Shown piece by piece: positions 25,101-40,100 of a stretch of DNA of 64,000 bases (position 1 is its first letter; each line of letters opens with the position of its first letter). The DNA is from Botryllus schlosseri (taxonomy: Eukaryota). The stretch covers positions 18,414,001-18,478,000 of the forward strand of contig CM119376.1 in assembly GCA_051294905.1 (NCBI GenBank). Reading direction: 5' to 3'. The translations under genes and the position numbers were made by a program. The notes below the pieces were generated by a model. It ran no database searches. It saw nothing but the letters and a program-made list of their open reading frames with translations, and was not told where the DNA came from.

Positions 25101-28100
25101 ACGGAACTCAAAGCGAACAACCTGCGTGAACTTCGAACGATGCTATTTGACCAATTCCCTTGGTGGAATATATTCGCTTCGTATATTTCCAGGCTCGCAA
25201 GAAGTGTCACGGAGATTACGTTTGAGCTCCTGATTTTAAACCATAGTGTTCTGTATTAAGCATGCAATTGCTAACAAATTATGTGTATGAAGCGACGGGC
25301 CCATTTCCATTTCAAAATTTCCAATCGCAGACAAATCTATAATGTTCTTCAACTTTAATGTATTCCATTTTATGTTAATTACTGCTGTCGCTTCGTATAC
25401 GCTCCACTGTCGTCAGTGGGAGAATTAGGGATACACAGCGGTGAAACTCGCTGCTTCGCAAAGAACAACAAGTCCAATCAACTGTGATAGCTCTCTATTT
25501 CAATTAGACACGTGGAACAATTGAGCGTGATGGAATTCTCCAAGACAGGATTCATTATTTCCAAGTATAGTTATCCCTAATGCACTACATATGTTGGCGG
25601 TAATAGTTGCTCGATTTGGCGAAGGGATTTTAAAGTCTGTATTTACTGTACTACATTTTTCTGTCGGTGCCGTAGTGTTTTACGTCGCCGAAAGAAAGAT
25701 TTATATAAAAAATTAAACATTTCTAGGCTGATTACTAAAATGTGTTATTTCTGTATTTTTGCCACTATGTTTTCATTTAAAATGTAAGTTTTGCCTCGGA
25801 CATTGTTCCTAACAATTCTATGAGGAGACCATTGTGTCTTAAATATATGTTAAGTAAACAGTTGTGTGTATACAATAATGCAGGGACATATCACTAGGGG
25901 CTCAGGCGCTCAGCACTCCGGGATAGCGTGAAGACGGAAATGGTGGTGCAGACTGGATGACTCGTATCTCCATCGCCAAAGCACCTCGATGGCACAGACG
26001 AAAATATACTGAATTTCTCTTGCTCTCTCTAGTGCAGTAGTTTCAACCGATGGGCTATCTCCCACTGGTGGGTCACAAGAGCATTTTGAGGTAGGTCACA
26101 GATGTATTTTAAAATATATGAAATTGGTGCAAACGTTAGTTTTGTTTATCTCATTACTTCAACAAAGATGTATTCATACTGCTAAATCAATTCTACTACA
26201 AGTTTTTCTCGACTGACTCATCATCAGTCAACTTCAAGAAATGCAATGACGTGAGTTCGAAATATCGACAGAATTCGGTCGCTATGACGCAATCATAGTG
26301 AACATTGAACATGCTCTTGAATGCCATATGACGAACCTGACTATCTGCAACGAGATGAACCTATACAATAGTCATCATGCAGGACCGTGACTGCCACACT
26401 CCAAATTCCCCAATTGGGGGGGGGGGGGGGCTAGCTCAAATGGACCCCAAATCATTTCGCAAATCAGCACGAAGTAGAGAATTCGTGGAATATTTACGTA
26501 ACTTGAATTTTTTCTCATCGCTTGACGCGATTAATGTCACTGCATTTCGTGCATTTTAATATGTGTACCGATCCAGGAAAAATTGTTTCTTTAAATACGC
26601 ATAATCGACATAAATTAATTGAACTGTGTTCGCTATTATGAAAAATGGTATATTCCTAGTTCAAGTAGGCTATCACTCAGAGGTGGTCAGTAACGAAGAA
26701 TTTTTACTTCTTCGAAATACTCAAGTAGTTTTTCACTACTTGCAGTATTTACTCAAGTAAATGTGATTTTCTGCTACTTCTACTTCTGCTTCGTAATATT
26801 TTGTGATTTACTTATTTTTCGCTCTATTTTCAGTTTGTGAAGTAAAAGTATTATATTCTGCCAATTAGAAGAGACTGACTGATGAATTCCGGCCTGTTTA
26901 TCATGGAATACCAACAACAATTTAATTTTTACAAATGTTAAGTAAAGCCCAGAATCTTCGTCGCGTTTCGCGCCAAGTAGATATGGAGTGATAAAAAAAT
27001 TTTCACGTAAGTATAGGTGATTATAATTTAGGAAGCGGGTTGCGTGGTTCCGTTCACACCGCATTGCCGCCCATATGAATGTTTAATTACAATAAATATG
27101 GCTCATCAAAACGTTTGGAAGTACCGTTTCGCAATATACCGCAGCACATGATCTACCAGCCCACGGCGTGTCCTAATCTGGTCTCCGACTTTTTTGAGCG
27201 TTTGACCTGTTTTAGCTGACCACGGTTGAAGCTTTCTGGACAAAAGACATGAGATCTATTTTCGGTTTTTAGAAATGGTATTTGTATTTCTCTTTCAATT
27301 CACAGTATCATTACTTTGAAATCTTATAATTAATTTCAGTTCTTTTCTCTGGAGAACTTACATGTTGGAGTTTAAAACTAAGTGTAACATTGCATCTATT
27401 TCCCGGAAATTAAATATCAGGATATGGCATTTGTACGATCTGCCATAGTCTATTAACGTATACTAATCGCGCAAAGTGTTAACACCGTATCCGACACTTC
27501 TCCGTATTGCTCTTCGTCTAAACTACGCCCCTTATAATACAGCTGAGGGCGCCATGCCATGACATTTTCTGAAACGGGGTGTTCGGGTAAACAAAAGATT
27601 AGAATCGCTTCTCCATAGCAAAACTGTCGTTTGATCCCATTATGCAGTCGAATGTTTATGCTGTCGACAATTATTACCTCCGGGGATACATCAATATGAA
27701 TCAAGCTCTCTGCACCTTCGGTACAGCTCAATTTACAGCTTTTGACAGTCCATGCGAACGTATTATAACTGTTTTCAGGACTACTTACTTATACTTAATT
27801 AAATAGATTTAAAGCAGTCAATTTCACTTCTACTTGAAGTAGTTTTACTAGGTTGCTACTTCTATCTTGGTACTAATTCTACTCATAGTTGAGTAGGCTT
27901 TTGCGTCGCTACTTCTATTTCTACTTAAGCAGCTTCCTCGACTACTTCTGAATCACTTGAGTTCGTTGAGATGCCATTTCGAACCCGGCTCACACCATGA
28001 TATGAAGTTCAGACGGCGATATTGATATGTCTTAGAGCCGGGATATGAGGTTCAGGTATGTCTATGCAATCTGAGCTATACCCGGTACAAATGCCATCCG

Positions 28101-31100
28101 TGGAGGAATAGTCTTGACCGTGTGGCATGAGCATGACTCAATTAGGATGTATCATTATGAGCCATAAAAATGTTGATTTCTATTTAGTAACATTAATTCT
28201 CTCAATTTTCGTGCGTAGTAAACCAATGGAAACAAATGACAAAGGCCTTGCGTTCGCCGTTAGGCATATATCTCTTGCGACACGTTCGTAAACTACTTGA
28301 TACCGGACTCGTCTCGCTACAGAAAGAGTGTTTCTTTGCTTAATATTCATGGTGTTGCGACTACATTGGTCATTTTACACCTGGCCGATATACAGAAAGA
28401 GTGTGTGCGTGTGGTTGGTAATTGTTATGTATAATCGCTATTACATTACAGTGGAAGAATTTCTCTATTTTTCGAGCGAGAATACGGAACATTTTCAAAA
28501 TAGAATGTGGGACATGTAACAATATAAAGTGGTTGAAATCCACTTCTCTAGTGTATGCAATATACATTCTCTAAGCGCGATCTACATGTCCACATGGGTA
28601 CCGTATGTAACTGCGTAGAGGCAATGAGCTCACCATTAAATCAATACTACCGCCGTCCTTCAGGACATTCTGAATGCATCCAATAAAACCGTATTTCAAC
28701 GATGCCGTCCACAGCAATTGCGGTGTCCTACCCGTCGAGTACATGGTAGAAAAATCAGTCCCACCTAAGCGTATAGATCCCTGAAGTTTCCAGTCAAAGT
28801 CACCACTCTGTTATAAATATATATTATTACTAGTTAGCAATATGGAGATTCGAGAACAAAAACCCTCACCAGGTTGAATATCAAAAATCTTCCTTGGTCT
28901 ATTTTGATGCGCAATTCGTTCCGGTCCGTTTGAAGGAACAACGCTACCGTGTGCCATTTTCCGTCCGTCAAATTTTTAGGCGGGACCATCTTATCGTGAA
29001 AATAGCAATATGAAAAAATAGCATATAATATAGATACAGTATAGTATATACAGCAACATGTCAAACATATAAGGCCTTCGGGACGGATCAGGATCCAAGA
29101 GTCGGAGTGGGTGGTTTCCGCGTACACGTGATCAGAATCACTCTACCCCTGGGATATGTATCCATGAATATTGGTGTATATGACTCGCTTTCATCCACTT
29201 GAACGGATGTGAAACCAAAATATGGTACCAGGAATTGCATATGACCTGATTCGTGCCCTGCGTTCTGCGTTCTGCGTTCGTAGAACTCTCATAATACACC
29301 TGCGACCAAAGGGGTTAGTAGATAGGTCTACCACTCTACTGGTTTAGTGGTTTGTGAATCGCTAACCTGATCGTTTCATTTCTACCAACTGCATTATTTG
29401 CGAATAAAGGTGTTGCTTATAATAGAGCCCTACTGATCCAGTCTTATATATTATTTATAGGATTTATAATAACGCACTGAAAAACGAAGGCATTGATTTG
29501 AAGGTACCGATTTAACATCATTTGAATGGTTAGAGCCGCAAGCGATCAAGTGTCTCAATCCCGATGCGAAATGAGTTCAACATGCATGTCATAACGTATA
29601 CAGTATGCAGTGCGTTTCATACATGGAAAATTGACCATTGACCCATTCCGTGCCCAACGGCACTGCCGTACAGCAAGTACGTACCGCTCTCTTGGGCATT
29701 CCGGACCTGCTGGAAACAACATAGAGATTTCCATCGAAGAATTCAAGCGCGATGAAGTCGTTGGTTGTGTTGTCCTCGACGTATAACACCAGGCCACGCT
29801 GCAACGTAAATGAGAGGTGTAGGCTATTACAGAGAAATGCATATACATTGGGCATATACGGACAGTAGCAGTTGAGTAAACTGAAGAACAGAAAAATCTT
29901 CAGCAATCTTCAATAGCCACAATCGCCTGCAATTTAGTTATAGTTGATTATATCCAGTGAATATTTGAATACTCTAACTTTTCAGTGGCAAGATCTGTTA
30001 AAGTCCAGAGAGGCGTTCGCAGCCGAGTGAACTGTAATCTACCAGTTCAATTGACCGGAATTTGGGTCATCCTATAATCATTTTACTACAGAGGATTATC
30101 AGAAGAAGGGCCGATATGACATTACATCAGACCTACGTCGATATCTCAAGAGTAATCTATTGTATTTTGAGATGCCCGTGTAAACGCAATCGCAATCAAT
30201 CACAGTGAAATTGACTCGCCCCCACTTTTCTGCATGATATTCGGGTGCATCAAAATACATCGATGGATAAAGAGCGTTGTTGATATTATTACCAGTATAT
30301 TTTATGTTGCAATCACACACCAGCTTCTTTATCTCATGGCATATCCAACCTCTTGTAGAATTATAACGAATCGTATGAGGGAGGATATAATCTCAATTTA
30401 TCTGCCTTATTGGGGGTAGGGCCCATCATTCTCCCGTTACTGTCCCATCGAATCCTGTCAGCTGTCACCTATCACAATCGTAACATTCAACTCCCGACTT
30501 ATAACCTCTTAGTCCTGCCAGAGTTATTAACACCTGTTGCCGAGTTTGTGATATCGTGTGATAGATTCCCATAATATGATCCATATAGTCCAAGTTGAAT
30601 TAGGTTCCAAAGTAACTTATAACAGAAGGTAATTACTAAGGTAAGTTTTTGCAACTTTTACAACTTTTTTTTACAACTTCCGGCAGCTTCTCCAAATACT
30701 CAGAAGTTATGTAGTATGGTGTTTTAAGCTGTTTAGAGGAATCTTATAATGCAGTCTTCGCTTTTTATGCAACTAACTTTCTACTGGAAGTATCTGGCAC
30801 TATATGTAAATATAGATCGCTTGATTATTTCACTGTCGTTTAGACTTGAGGTCCTCTCTGATTTGACGTACAGTCAGGCTAGACCGCCGAAGATTATATT
30901 TTCAATTGGTCAATTTTCTCAGGCTATTGATTGTGTTGAAGTCACCAACATTGAGTTTTGCCACAGTGCCTTGGATACGGAACTATTTGATTATCTCATA
31001 CCCTAATAATTTCAAGGAACTTGTCTATAAATGCAACTTTTTACTGCAACTTTTGTGAAAAATAAGTCCAACTTTCCACGGATTTGACTGCAACAAAATC

Positions 31101-34100
31101 TTGCCCTAGTAATTACAGATCGTGGCGTAACAGTCCCACATGGCAGATAAGCGCCACAACTACGTTTTACAGAACTACTAAAAAATTCTCTCGTCAGTGA
31201 AAGATTCGATATGCACGTGTTTACCAACCCTAAAGGTTCTATAAAGGTTCCCTGCGAACATAAATGTGAACACGACTCTATGAGGTCTCGTGTTGTCAGA
31301 TATCTAATAATTCCCAAGACTCTCAAAATGTATGCGATACTTTCGAGACCAAGTAGATATTAATAGTATCGCAACATCAGCGCTGATATGCAATATACGA
31401 TGACCTCACAGTGCATTGATACAAAGCCTAGATGAGGACACTTGAGCGTCATTGACTATCCTAGGGTACATCCACACTTACATGTCGACATGTAAGTTCA
31501 AGGTTCATTTGGATTCATAAATGTGACAGTCCTGATCGAATTGTTTGTCAATTGTCAAGTCGAGTAGCATTCAAATTGCAGGAGAATAATTAGAAAAATA
31601 TCGACGACCAGAGGTGGTCAATGTAGTCGTCGGTGGTACTCAGGGGAAAGTGGAAGAAACGTCGTAAATTTCTACTAAGTACAAGTAGCAGTATGAATTT
31701 CCTAGGAAGTAAAAATGTAAATATTCTAAGCCGAAAACTGTAGAAGTAGAAATAGTCTTAAATCGTAAAGTAGGAAGTTTCGGATACAAAAAACTGGAGA
31801 GTAGAAGTGAAAATAGTCTAAAAATGGAAGCACTCGACTGACTCGAGTAAGCAGCGCAAGTATAGTCAAAACATACTTGGGTAGTCTGAAAAATTAGAAG
31901 AGCTTCGTTACTAATCACCTCTGTCCGTGACAGAGGCAGTATGTGCTCGGACATTTTGGCTCCGGATTTTAACATTAAAACGGGCTCCGAATTGGATCAG
32001 GATTTCGTTTTATCATACGGGATCGGATCCGGACCTCGAAAAACCGTGATCCGTACATCTATACGGTGAAATAGTGTCACCTAGCGAATATTGTACGGGA
32101 TATGACACAACCTCCGGTTCGCATAATAATCCTTCCTGGTCGCTTACATCAGCGTGGCTTAAATAACAACCTACAGGTATCTCTCTCTATACAAATCTAT
32201 GAAAAATTCTCCAAATATTCTGCTGATATCTAGTTTTTATTTTCCATGTAGGTCTATATAACGTGCATACGCCTGATTCATAGTGGTGGTGTTGTTGTAT
32301 TGTTATTCATGGTGCTACGACTGTGGTCATTTTACACCGAACCGATATTCCTTATGATTCCTGATCGGCCGACTTGTTGACTATAGACCAGAGGTCTCAA
32401 ACTCAAATGTGCTCGCGGGTAATTTCCCAGTTTTTGATGACGCCACGGGCCGCAGCATCAATCTTAGGGATATCCAATGTATAATTTCAAAGTAGGCCTT
32501 ATTTGACGGGACCGTGCAGACCTGCATTCCACAAACATCGTGGCAATGTAATTTGCTATTGCATTATTCACTCTTGACACGAAAATAAAACATATTTTCA
32601 AATGTTCGAATAAAATTGTTTTTGTACCGGGCATAATTTTTCTAATTAATGAGTTATAGACATCATACGAGAGGATGCATCATGACATCGTAAAACTGTC
32701 GGGTTATAATATTGAAGCTAGTGGACCTTTGAAGTGCCACAATTTTATGTAGAATATTTTAAAATCTACTGAAGATTTATCTGATATCAGAGCATTTGAG
32801 GGGTGTAGCCTAATTATGGTTTTGATAAAGTCGTGATAAGTATAGGCTATTGTTATTGTCATTGCCAAAGTCAAATTAAATCAGCGTTAGATTTTGCCTT
32901 CGATTATTATTGGAAGCTATCAATAACAACTTAAATATAATCATTATTGAGCCATAGTAATAGCATTGCTTCTTAACCTTTTTAGCGATCGTACCCCTTG
33001 TGCTTCCAATGAGATTTCTCGTAGCCCCTGTCCATTTTTAACACAATTTCTGATGGCACCTATATTGAAATCGGAAAGCCCATTCACATAAAATAGCTTT
33101 CCAGTTGAATAAATTGGCCAAGAAAATATTACACAGCATATTGGCCTAATTCCACAATGCATCTCGCACACCCTGATTTGGTGCTTCGTAACCCGATGGG
33201 GTCTACGGACCCTGGTTAACAACCCCTGGAATAGAAATGTCCAATCGGCGATTAATTCATTGGTGTTACTAGTTACAGCTGTGGAGCGTAGTACTACCCT
33301 TCTAGCCACCAGAGGTGGTCAGTAACGAAGAACTTCTACTTTTTCGAAGTACTCAAGTAGTTTTCCTCTGCTTCTGGTACTTACTCAAGTTGATCTGATT
33401 TTTGCTACTTCTACTTCTACTTCATAATATTTTGTGATCTACTTACTTACTTTTCGCTATTTTCAGTTTGTCAAGTAGAAGTAGTTGAATCTTCCAATCA
33501 GGAAGATAGCGTGAGGAATTTCGGGGCTGTTTTCACGGAGTACCAACATTTAACTTCCATAAAAGTTGAGTAAAGCCCTGAATTTTCGTCGAGCTTCGCG
33601 CGCAGTGGATACGGCGTTACCAGTATGATTTCACGAAAGTATCAATGAATATAATTTAGGTAGCGGGTTGGCGTGACTCCGTTCACACAGGGATATCTAG
33701 AACTAGATATCTAGATATCCCTGAGTTCACACCACATTGTCGCCCTTCGCCCATATGAAATAATTCATCGCAGTGTATATGGCTCATCATAACGTTTGAA
33801 ACTGATGTTTCGCAATCTAGCATTTACTTGTCATATCGTAATCTAGCATGTCCATGGCGCTTCCTAACCTGGAAAAGTGGACTCTGACATTTTTTGTTGG
33901 TTTTAGAGCTGTTTCAGCATACCACCTTTGAAACTTTCTGGACTAAAGGCATGAAAAACGTGTTCCACTTTTAGAACTAGTATTTATGTTTCATTTTCAA
34001 TTCCCAGTATCATATACTTTGAGTTATAATTAATATCAGTTCTTTTGTATGGATAACATACATGTTGAAGTATAAAAGCAAGTGTAGTAATGCCTTTAAA

Positions 34101-37100
34101 TTCCGGAAATAAAGCTACACAATATGGCATTTTTACGGTCCACAATATTTTTTATTAACGTTTACTAATCGCGCAAAGTGTTTACACCGTATCCCATACA
34201 ACTTCTCCGTATTGCTCTTCGACTAAACTACGGACCTTATAATATGGGGGATGGCGCCATACCAAGCTATTTTCTAAAACGTGCTGATTGAGAAAACAGG
34301 ATAAGTATCGCATTTTCATATCAATCCTATCATTTTTAACCCATGATGTGGACGAATGCTTAATTGCTTATGCTATAGAAAATTGGATACCTGCTGGTAT
34401 GCATCAATATGAATCAAGCTCGTCACCTTTCGCATAGCTCAATTTGCACCTTTATACAATCCATGTGAACAAATTAGGATCGTTTTCACAACTACTTACT
34501 TACTTGAGTACTTTTAAAGTCAGTCAATTCTACTTCTACTTCAAGTAGTTTTCGGTTGCTTATGGAAGAAGTACTTCTACTCGTACTTAAGTAGATTTTT
34601 TTCGTCGCTACTTCTACTTCTACTTGAGTAGCTTTCTTGACTACTTTGACCACCTCTGCTGGCCACCGATAAAAACATGGATAAAGAGAACAAACAACAC
34701 CCAGCATGTATCCAACTACACGTCACGGGGTCATAGAATGCCAATGGTTGCCATACTGACCTGATTAGATAGCTATATACCCTACGCAACGCAAGCTACG
34801 ACCTTATGATATATTACTATTCCCCATGACAGTTGCATAGATTGTTGCATCCGTAGGATTAACAAGTCACCGTTCCGAGTCGCAAGTCCTTCTCTGATTT
34901 TAAAGTTTGACCCGACTCAACTCGAGTCATTTTTATTTAATCACCCAGTCAATCCGAAATCGAGTAATTTTACGAGAAGATCGAACCAAACCAAATCACA
35001 ATCTTCAGTCACGAGTCATCAACGGGTCATGTTTTATTGTCATGAACTGGAAATGTGACGTAATAGCTGACCTTCTACCGCATGGTAGCTTTTAAAAGTG
35101 ATGTGATAGTGAAGTTTGTTGAGATTTCAGTGACTTTTATAATTATTTACATCTAAAAAGATATATGGCACTTGAATATATTGTTGAATACTTGAAATTC
35201 CAAAATGCTGTCGCGGGCCGCACAAAATGAACTCGCGGGCCGTGTGTTTGAGACCTCTGTATAGACTGATTGACTAGATAAACCTCCCAAGAGTTCGAGG
35301 CTGATTCCATTAATTACGGTTACACCGTGTACTAGCTTGACCTGGTGGCAGGCTCTTGGCCCCTGACTAGCCGGAAATTGTAGAAATCGTTTTTTATGTT
35401 TATTTAGTCATCATAAAATTTCACAATCTCTCTATTAATCTCATCATTATGTAATTTTTCAGATTTTTACAGTCGATAATTTTTTTCAATTTATGGGTCG
35501 TTTCGAAAGTATGTAGGGACCACTGGCCTACGGAAAGTTGAAAGTTTTTCAATTTATTATATATTGGATTCTGGGACATAAACCTTCGTCGTAAAAATGC
35601 GTGCGGTTGAGAATGTTTGGTGTGTCATATAGGAGCAAGGTGGAACTATGATCATTTTATTTCCATACCACATTTCCAGCTTGAATGATGTAATAATCAA
35701 CTATAGTTTATAATATGCACGGTAAAACTAACCTATTCTAAAAACCATCTTAACGCGTAAGGTGTGAACGTTGTCATGGAAACGCCTGGTGGGATTTGCG
35801 TCATGCAACATATTACATAATCGATCACACCGTGACGTTGTTACGAAATTTCTGCATGACTTTACACCAATTCGGATTTTATAGATATCAATATTTAATA
35901 GAGACTGCGAACGTTGCTGTAACTGCAAAATAAGGGATGCACGAAAAATAGCATATTCGATGAAAACATATCTTTAGTTTCGCAAGAATTTTCAAGCGCA
36001 TTACATTATGTAGGGTAGGAGCTCCCCTATCCCACTGTAACCATCTACTACACATTTTTAGGTCAGTTATATCTAATTCTGTCAAGTTTGAATATCTTAC
36101 ACTCACTTGTTCAACAGTTTTAAAGTCAAACTTGAAGTTTGCGCTGGGAGATCTTTTCCATTGTGGCAGCATCAAAAACGCGTCGGAAGTCACGAACGAC
36201 ACAGGATCTGCGTTGAGAATGTCTCGACAGCCTTTTTCAACTCCTCCCACAGTTCGTAATCTCGGATCGCTCTCCACGGCTAGTTGCGAAAACTGGTAAG
36301 TGGCATCGTTGCTAGTATACACCACCTGGAATATGACAATATGTTGAGGAAAAACCGAGTATGATGTCTACACCAAAAATTCCTAATAAATTATTAACGC
36401 AGCCTAGAGGCTTATATGTATACCCTGAGTCACTCCTCGAATTCGATATTGGTCGTTATTCGATGACTCAAAAAGTGTTTGAGTGCATTTTTATCCAAAC
36501 CCACGCGTTAGCTTTATCATCAAAATACATAGGCAAAATCGATCCACACCGTAGGACTGCTTAGCTCAGGCGTGTTCCCTCTTTTTGGTCGTGGCCCGTT
36601 TTCCGGTTTGAAAATGTTCTGCGGCCCATCTCTTATAGTCTTAGTCGAATTCTGACCTTGTGATGCATTAATAGCAAAGTGTAATCATACAATTGAGATT
36701 GCCAGTATAAACTGTGACGAGGGAGAATTTGAATGGACGGTTTTCCTATACACGTGATTGTGGCTAACCCGGGTTTGTTATACTTATATATTGCGATCAA
36801 TTATTACAATGGGCTTGATAACACTGTGCTGCGTTTGAAAATTATTTTTCAAAGGTCAAAGATGTTTTAATTGATTTTGAATCAATTTTTCGCGCTGAGC
36901 TCAAAAATGCAAGCAGTTTTTTCAATCATATCAAGTTTTTTCTTCATCACATATTCAATTATGCTAGCTTTGGTCATTATTCTACACAAACAAATCAAGT
37001 TCCGTGGTATAGCTTAATTGGTCATGCATGTTGTAAATTTTTGCAAGATGGTATTTTTATTTGAATTCAAGGTTTTTGCAAGGACAGCCGTTTTAAATAC

Positions 37101-40100
37101 TACTAAAATATAATAACACAGTTGAAATGAAGGCACTTACAACTAACCAAGAAAGCATAATTTTCTTCAATGGTGCTCAACCTAACAGAAGAAGGTATAA
37201 GTTAATATATTACACTATAGACACGTAAACACTTAACACAAATGTGTTTTAAATGCGAAATCCTTGCCAACATAAATGTGTGAAGGGGGAAATGAAAACG
37301 AAGTATTCAAAATACCTTAAAAAAGAAAGCGTTGTGCGGAACATGATGATAAATTAAACTGACACTGATATTCCCACGATAAATACAATAACAATATATG
37401 ATGTAAATGATTTATGCTGACAATAAATGTCGCTTCAAAGATTTTCTTTCAATAGTAGAGTTATGTGGATCTCTCTTTTAGCACTAACGGTAATCTGCTA
37501 ACATGTTTAAGTCCCTGTATCTTTGATACCTTTCTGCCATCTGGCGAAAGTCTTGGAGGAATCTCTCTCCTTGTTATTCGCAGTAATCACCACAGTTGAC
37601 TGGAAAGTAATCCTATTGAGAAGTCAGAAAGTGCATTTTCACAGACATCAGGGTTTCTATGCTTTCCGGGGAAGTTTAAAACGACTACTCGAAAAGCTGC
37701 CCATGGTCATTTTTCTACTGCACCCAATGTGTGCTGTGAGACCTTCGTCTTTGGTCAGTTCACAGATCTGCGGCCTATGCTCAAAGCGGATAATAATCAT
37801 GAGACTTCTTTGCAGTATACTTTAGGGCAGTGGTTTTCAAACTTTTGTTAGACACGCCCCCTTTTTGATAGTGAAAAATTTAGCGACCCCTCCTCGTGAT
37901 ATTACGAAATATTACAGAGAAATCAGATTGCTAGCAATACCAACGGATAGTTTAGTGGCATTGAAGGTTATGGTTATTGATGATAGAATTCTCAAACATT
38001 AAATTCGGAAAATAGACAATAGAAATACCATGAGCTGGGACAATTCGCGCGAAGCGCGAAAGATTTTCCTGTTGACAGCGGCTTCGCGTCCCCCACTTTG
38101 AGAAACATTGCTATAGGGAATGGTCTTCGTCATAATTGAAATATTTTCTAAACTCTTCATCAAAACATCATTGCTAAATCATTTTTATGACGTCACAAAT
38201 ATTAGCCGCATGACGCTGAAAGCTGCAGTTTTCGAAAATTCAGATGCAATTTGCCAAAAATCTAGACCCGATTGAAGAAAACGGTCAACAGTTCTGGATT
38301 CAGCATCAAAAAGTACAATAAGAACCGTCAATACTTTGGTAACCTCAAAATTAACGCATCACATTCACAGTGTAATGAGAGGTTTATCAGCAATCCGAAT
38401 GTTTAGGAACCGACTCTTCATTCCTATTGCGTGCCGGACGAACGGAAGTGCCCAGTGTCCATACATGTATGCATTGTAATACTTCGATACCAATTCGCTA
38501 GCTGGTATCAGGTAGTAGGAAAAATCGAATGAACCGTTTTCGTGGCATTCCTGTAAGTGCCCGCAATCTGTGTCCTAGTTTCTAAGATGTCATTCATGTA
38601 GAGCAGGAACACATTCGCTAAAATGTCCCAATGTGTATTGCTTATTAAAAACAAACGTGCGGTGAAACACAATGTTGATGGTTGGCAGCGTTTCATCGAC
38701 TAGTCGAAGAGAAATTAAAAAGCTGTAGCAATTCGTGACGGGCAAGGCCAACAACTTCTCAGGACATTCGGGCTTTGCGAGCACGTTACCGGATGGTGGA
38801 GTGCGGCTACTGGAGTTGTTAGCGTGACGTCACTATGAGATTCAACAATATAATGTGCGGGTAGATCGATGACGTAGCTATGGCATTACCATTGAGGCCG
38901 ATTTTCGGGAACATCGTTGTGGATTTTCATGAAGATAAAGTCATCTCTCTCTATAGCATGCCGCCATGATGCCGTTGCTATGTCTATAGTGGTCTATAGA
39001 AGATCAGATGTCAAATATTTTCTAGCGTGATGAAAAATAACTGTATATCGTTCTTTTTCGTTATTTTTTTCGAAAAATACAAATGCGACGATATCTTGAA
39101 AATGTGATGTGCTAGGAAAAAACTAAAGGCATATTCCGAAACAGAGTGAAAACTTCATCTAAAATAACATAGTCAAGTCCTCGTCTAAAAAAATTAGTGA
39201 AAATTTGTCGACCAGTAATAATTGATCATAAATTGCAATCATAGCTATTTTCATGTTACAATATTATGACCTACCCCGGTACCGCATCACTACAGTACCT
39301 ACATGCATTTCACTTCAGGCAGAGTTTACTGGACACCCTTTTGATCGGTATATGACATAAAACAACACTTGGTTAATCCAGAATTAACTTCCGGTAAATT
39401 ATATAATTGAAATTATTCTCGTTGCTGCTTACCGTGGGTTGTCATCATACTAGTAACCTGGGGTCAAAAGACGCCTTCACTCACCCCTCCCAATTTTGAC
39501 TTGTAAATTGTGACGGCAAAAGTGTCACATTATCTTGGGCAGCTGAAAAGCTTGATGTACGTATAATTCTACAACATGAATATATGTTGTGCGGCAATAA
39601 TATGACACAAATTCCACAATTTTCCAAACAGCTCTGTGGTCCACCTCAAAATGCTCCTGTGGCCCAACTGTTGAGACAATTGGCTTAGCTACAGATAGGC
39701 AAATTCCTATTGCATGGTTACGAAATAAAATATATTGTTATGATGAGAAATGAAGGCACGGAATCAGCCCATACTTCCGATTCAATCCATTGGATTCCAA
39801 CTTACCGGGCATCTTTTAGTAGTCGCAATCGATATTGCCAAGGTCATAATAAGAGCACGGATTCCACGCATCTTCATAATTTTTAGCTAGTCTCATTCAC
39901 ATCATATGTGCGACTCCGCACCAGCTAGCGCACTATGCTATAAATGAAAGTAAAACGTCGAACGCTAGCTACATTTATATATCTTTGCTAATCTGCATAT
40001 ATATTAGTATTGATCCGTGTATATTCAGAAATTGACACGGAAACTGGGGAATATAAATCAGAAGTTGCATTGGCTAATTTCAAGTAATTAGTTGTTCCGA

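Larger units (their letters stand above)
32389..35259. mobile_element. hAT-type element (TIR cagaggtctcaaac), 2.87 kb including nested inserts, sitting inside a SINE copy
   Basis: 14-bp perfect TIR, flanking tatagac repeat, subterminal gcgggccg motifs; SINE sequence continues on both sides. Confidence 0.85.

Noticed and set aside
31476-31497. 22-bp perfect palindrome ACTTACATGTCGACATGTAAGT
   Set aside because: Isolated, with no TSD or second copy seen, so no function can be assigned
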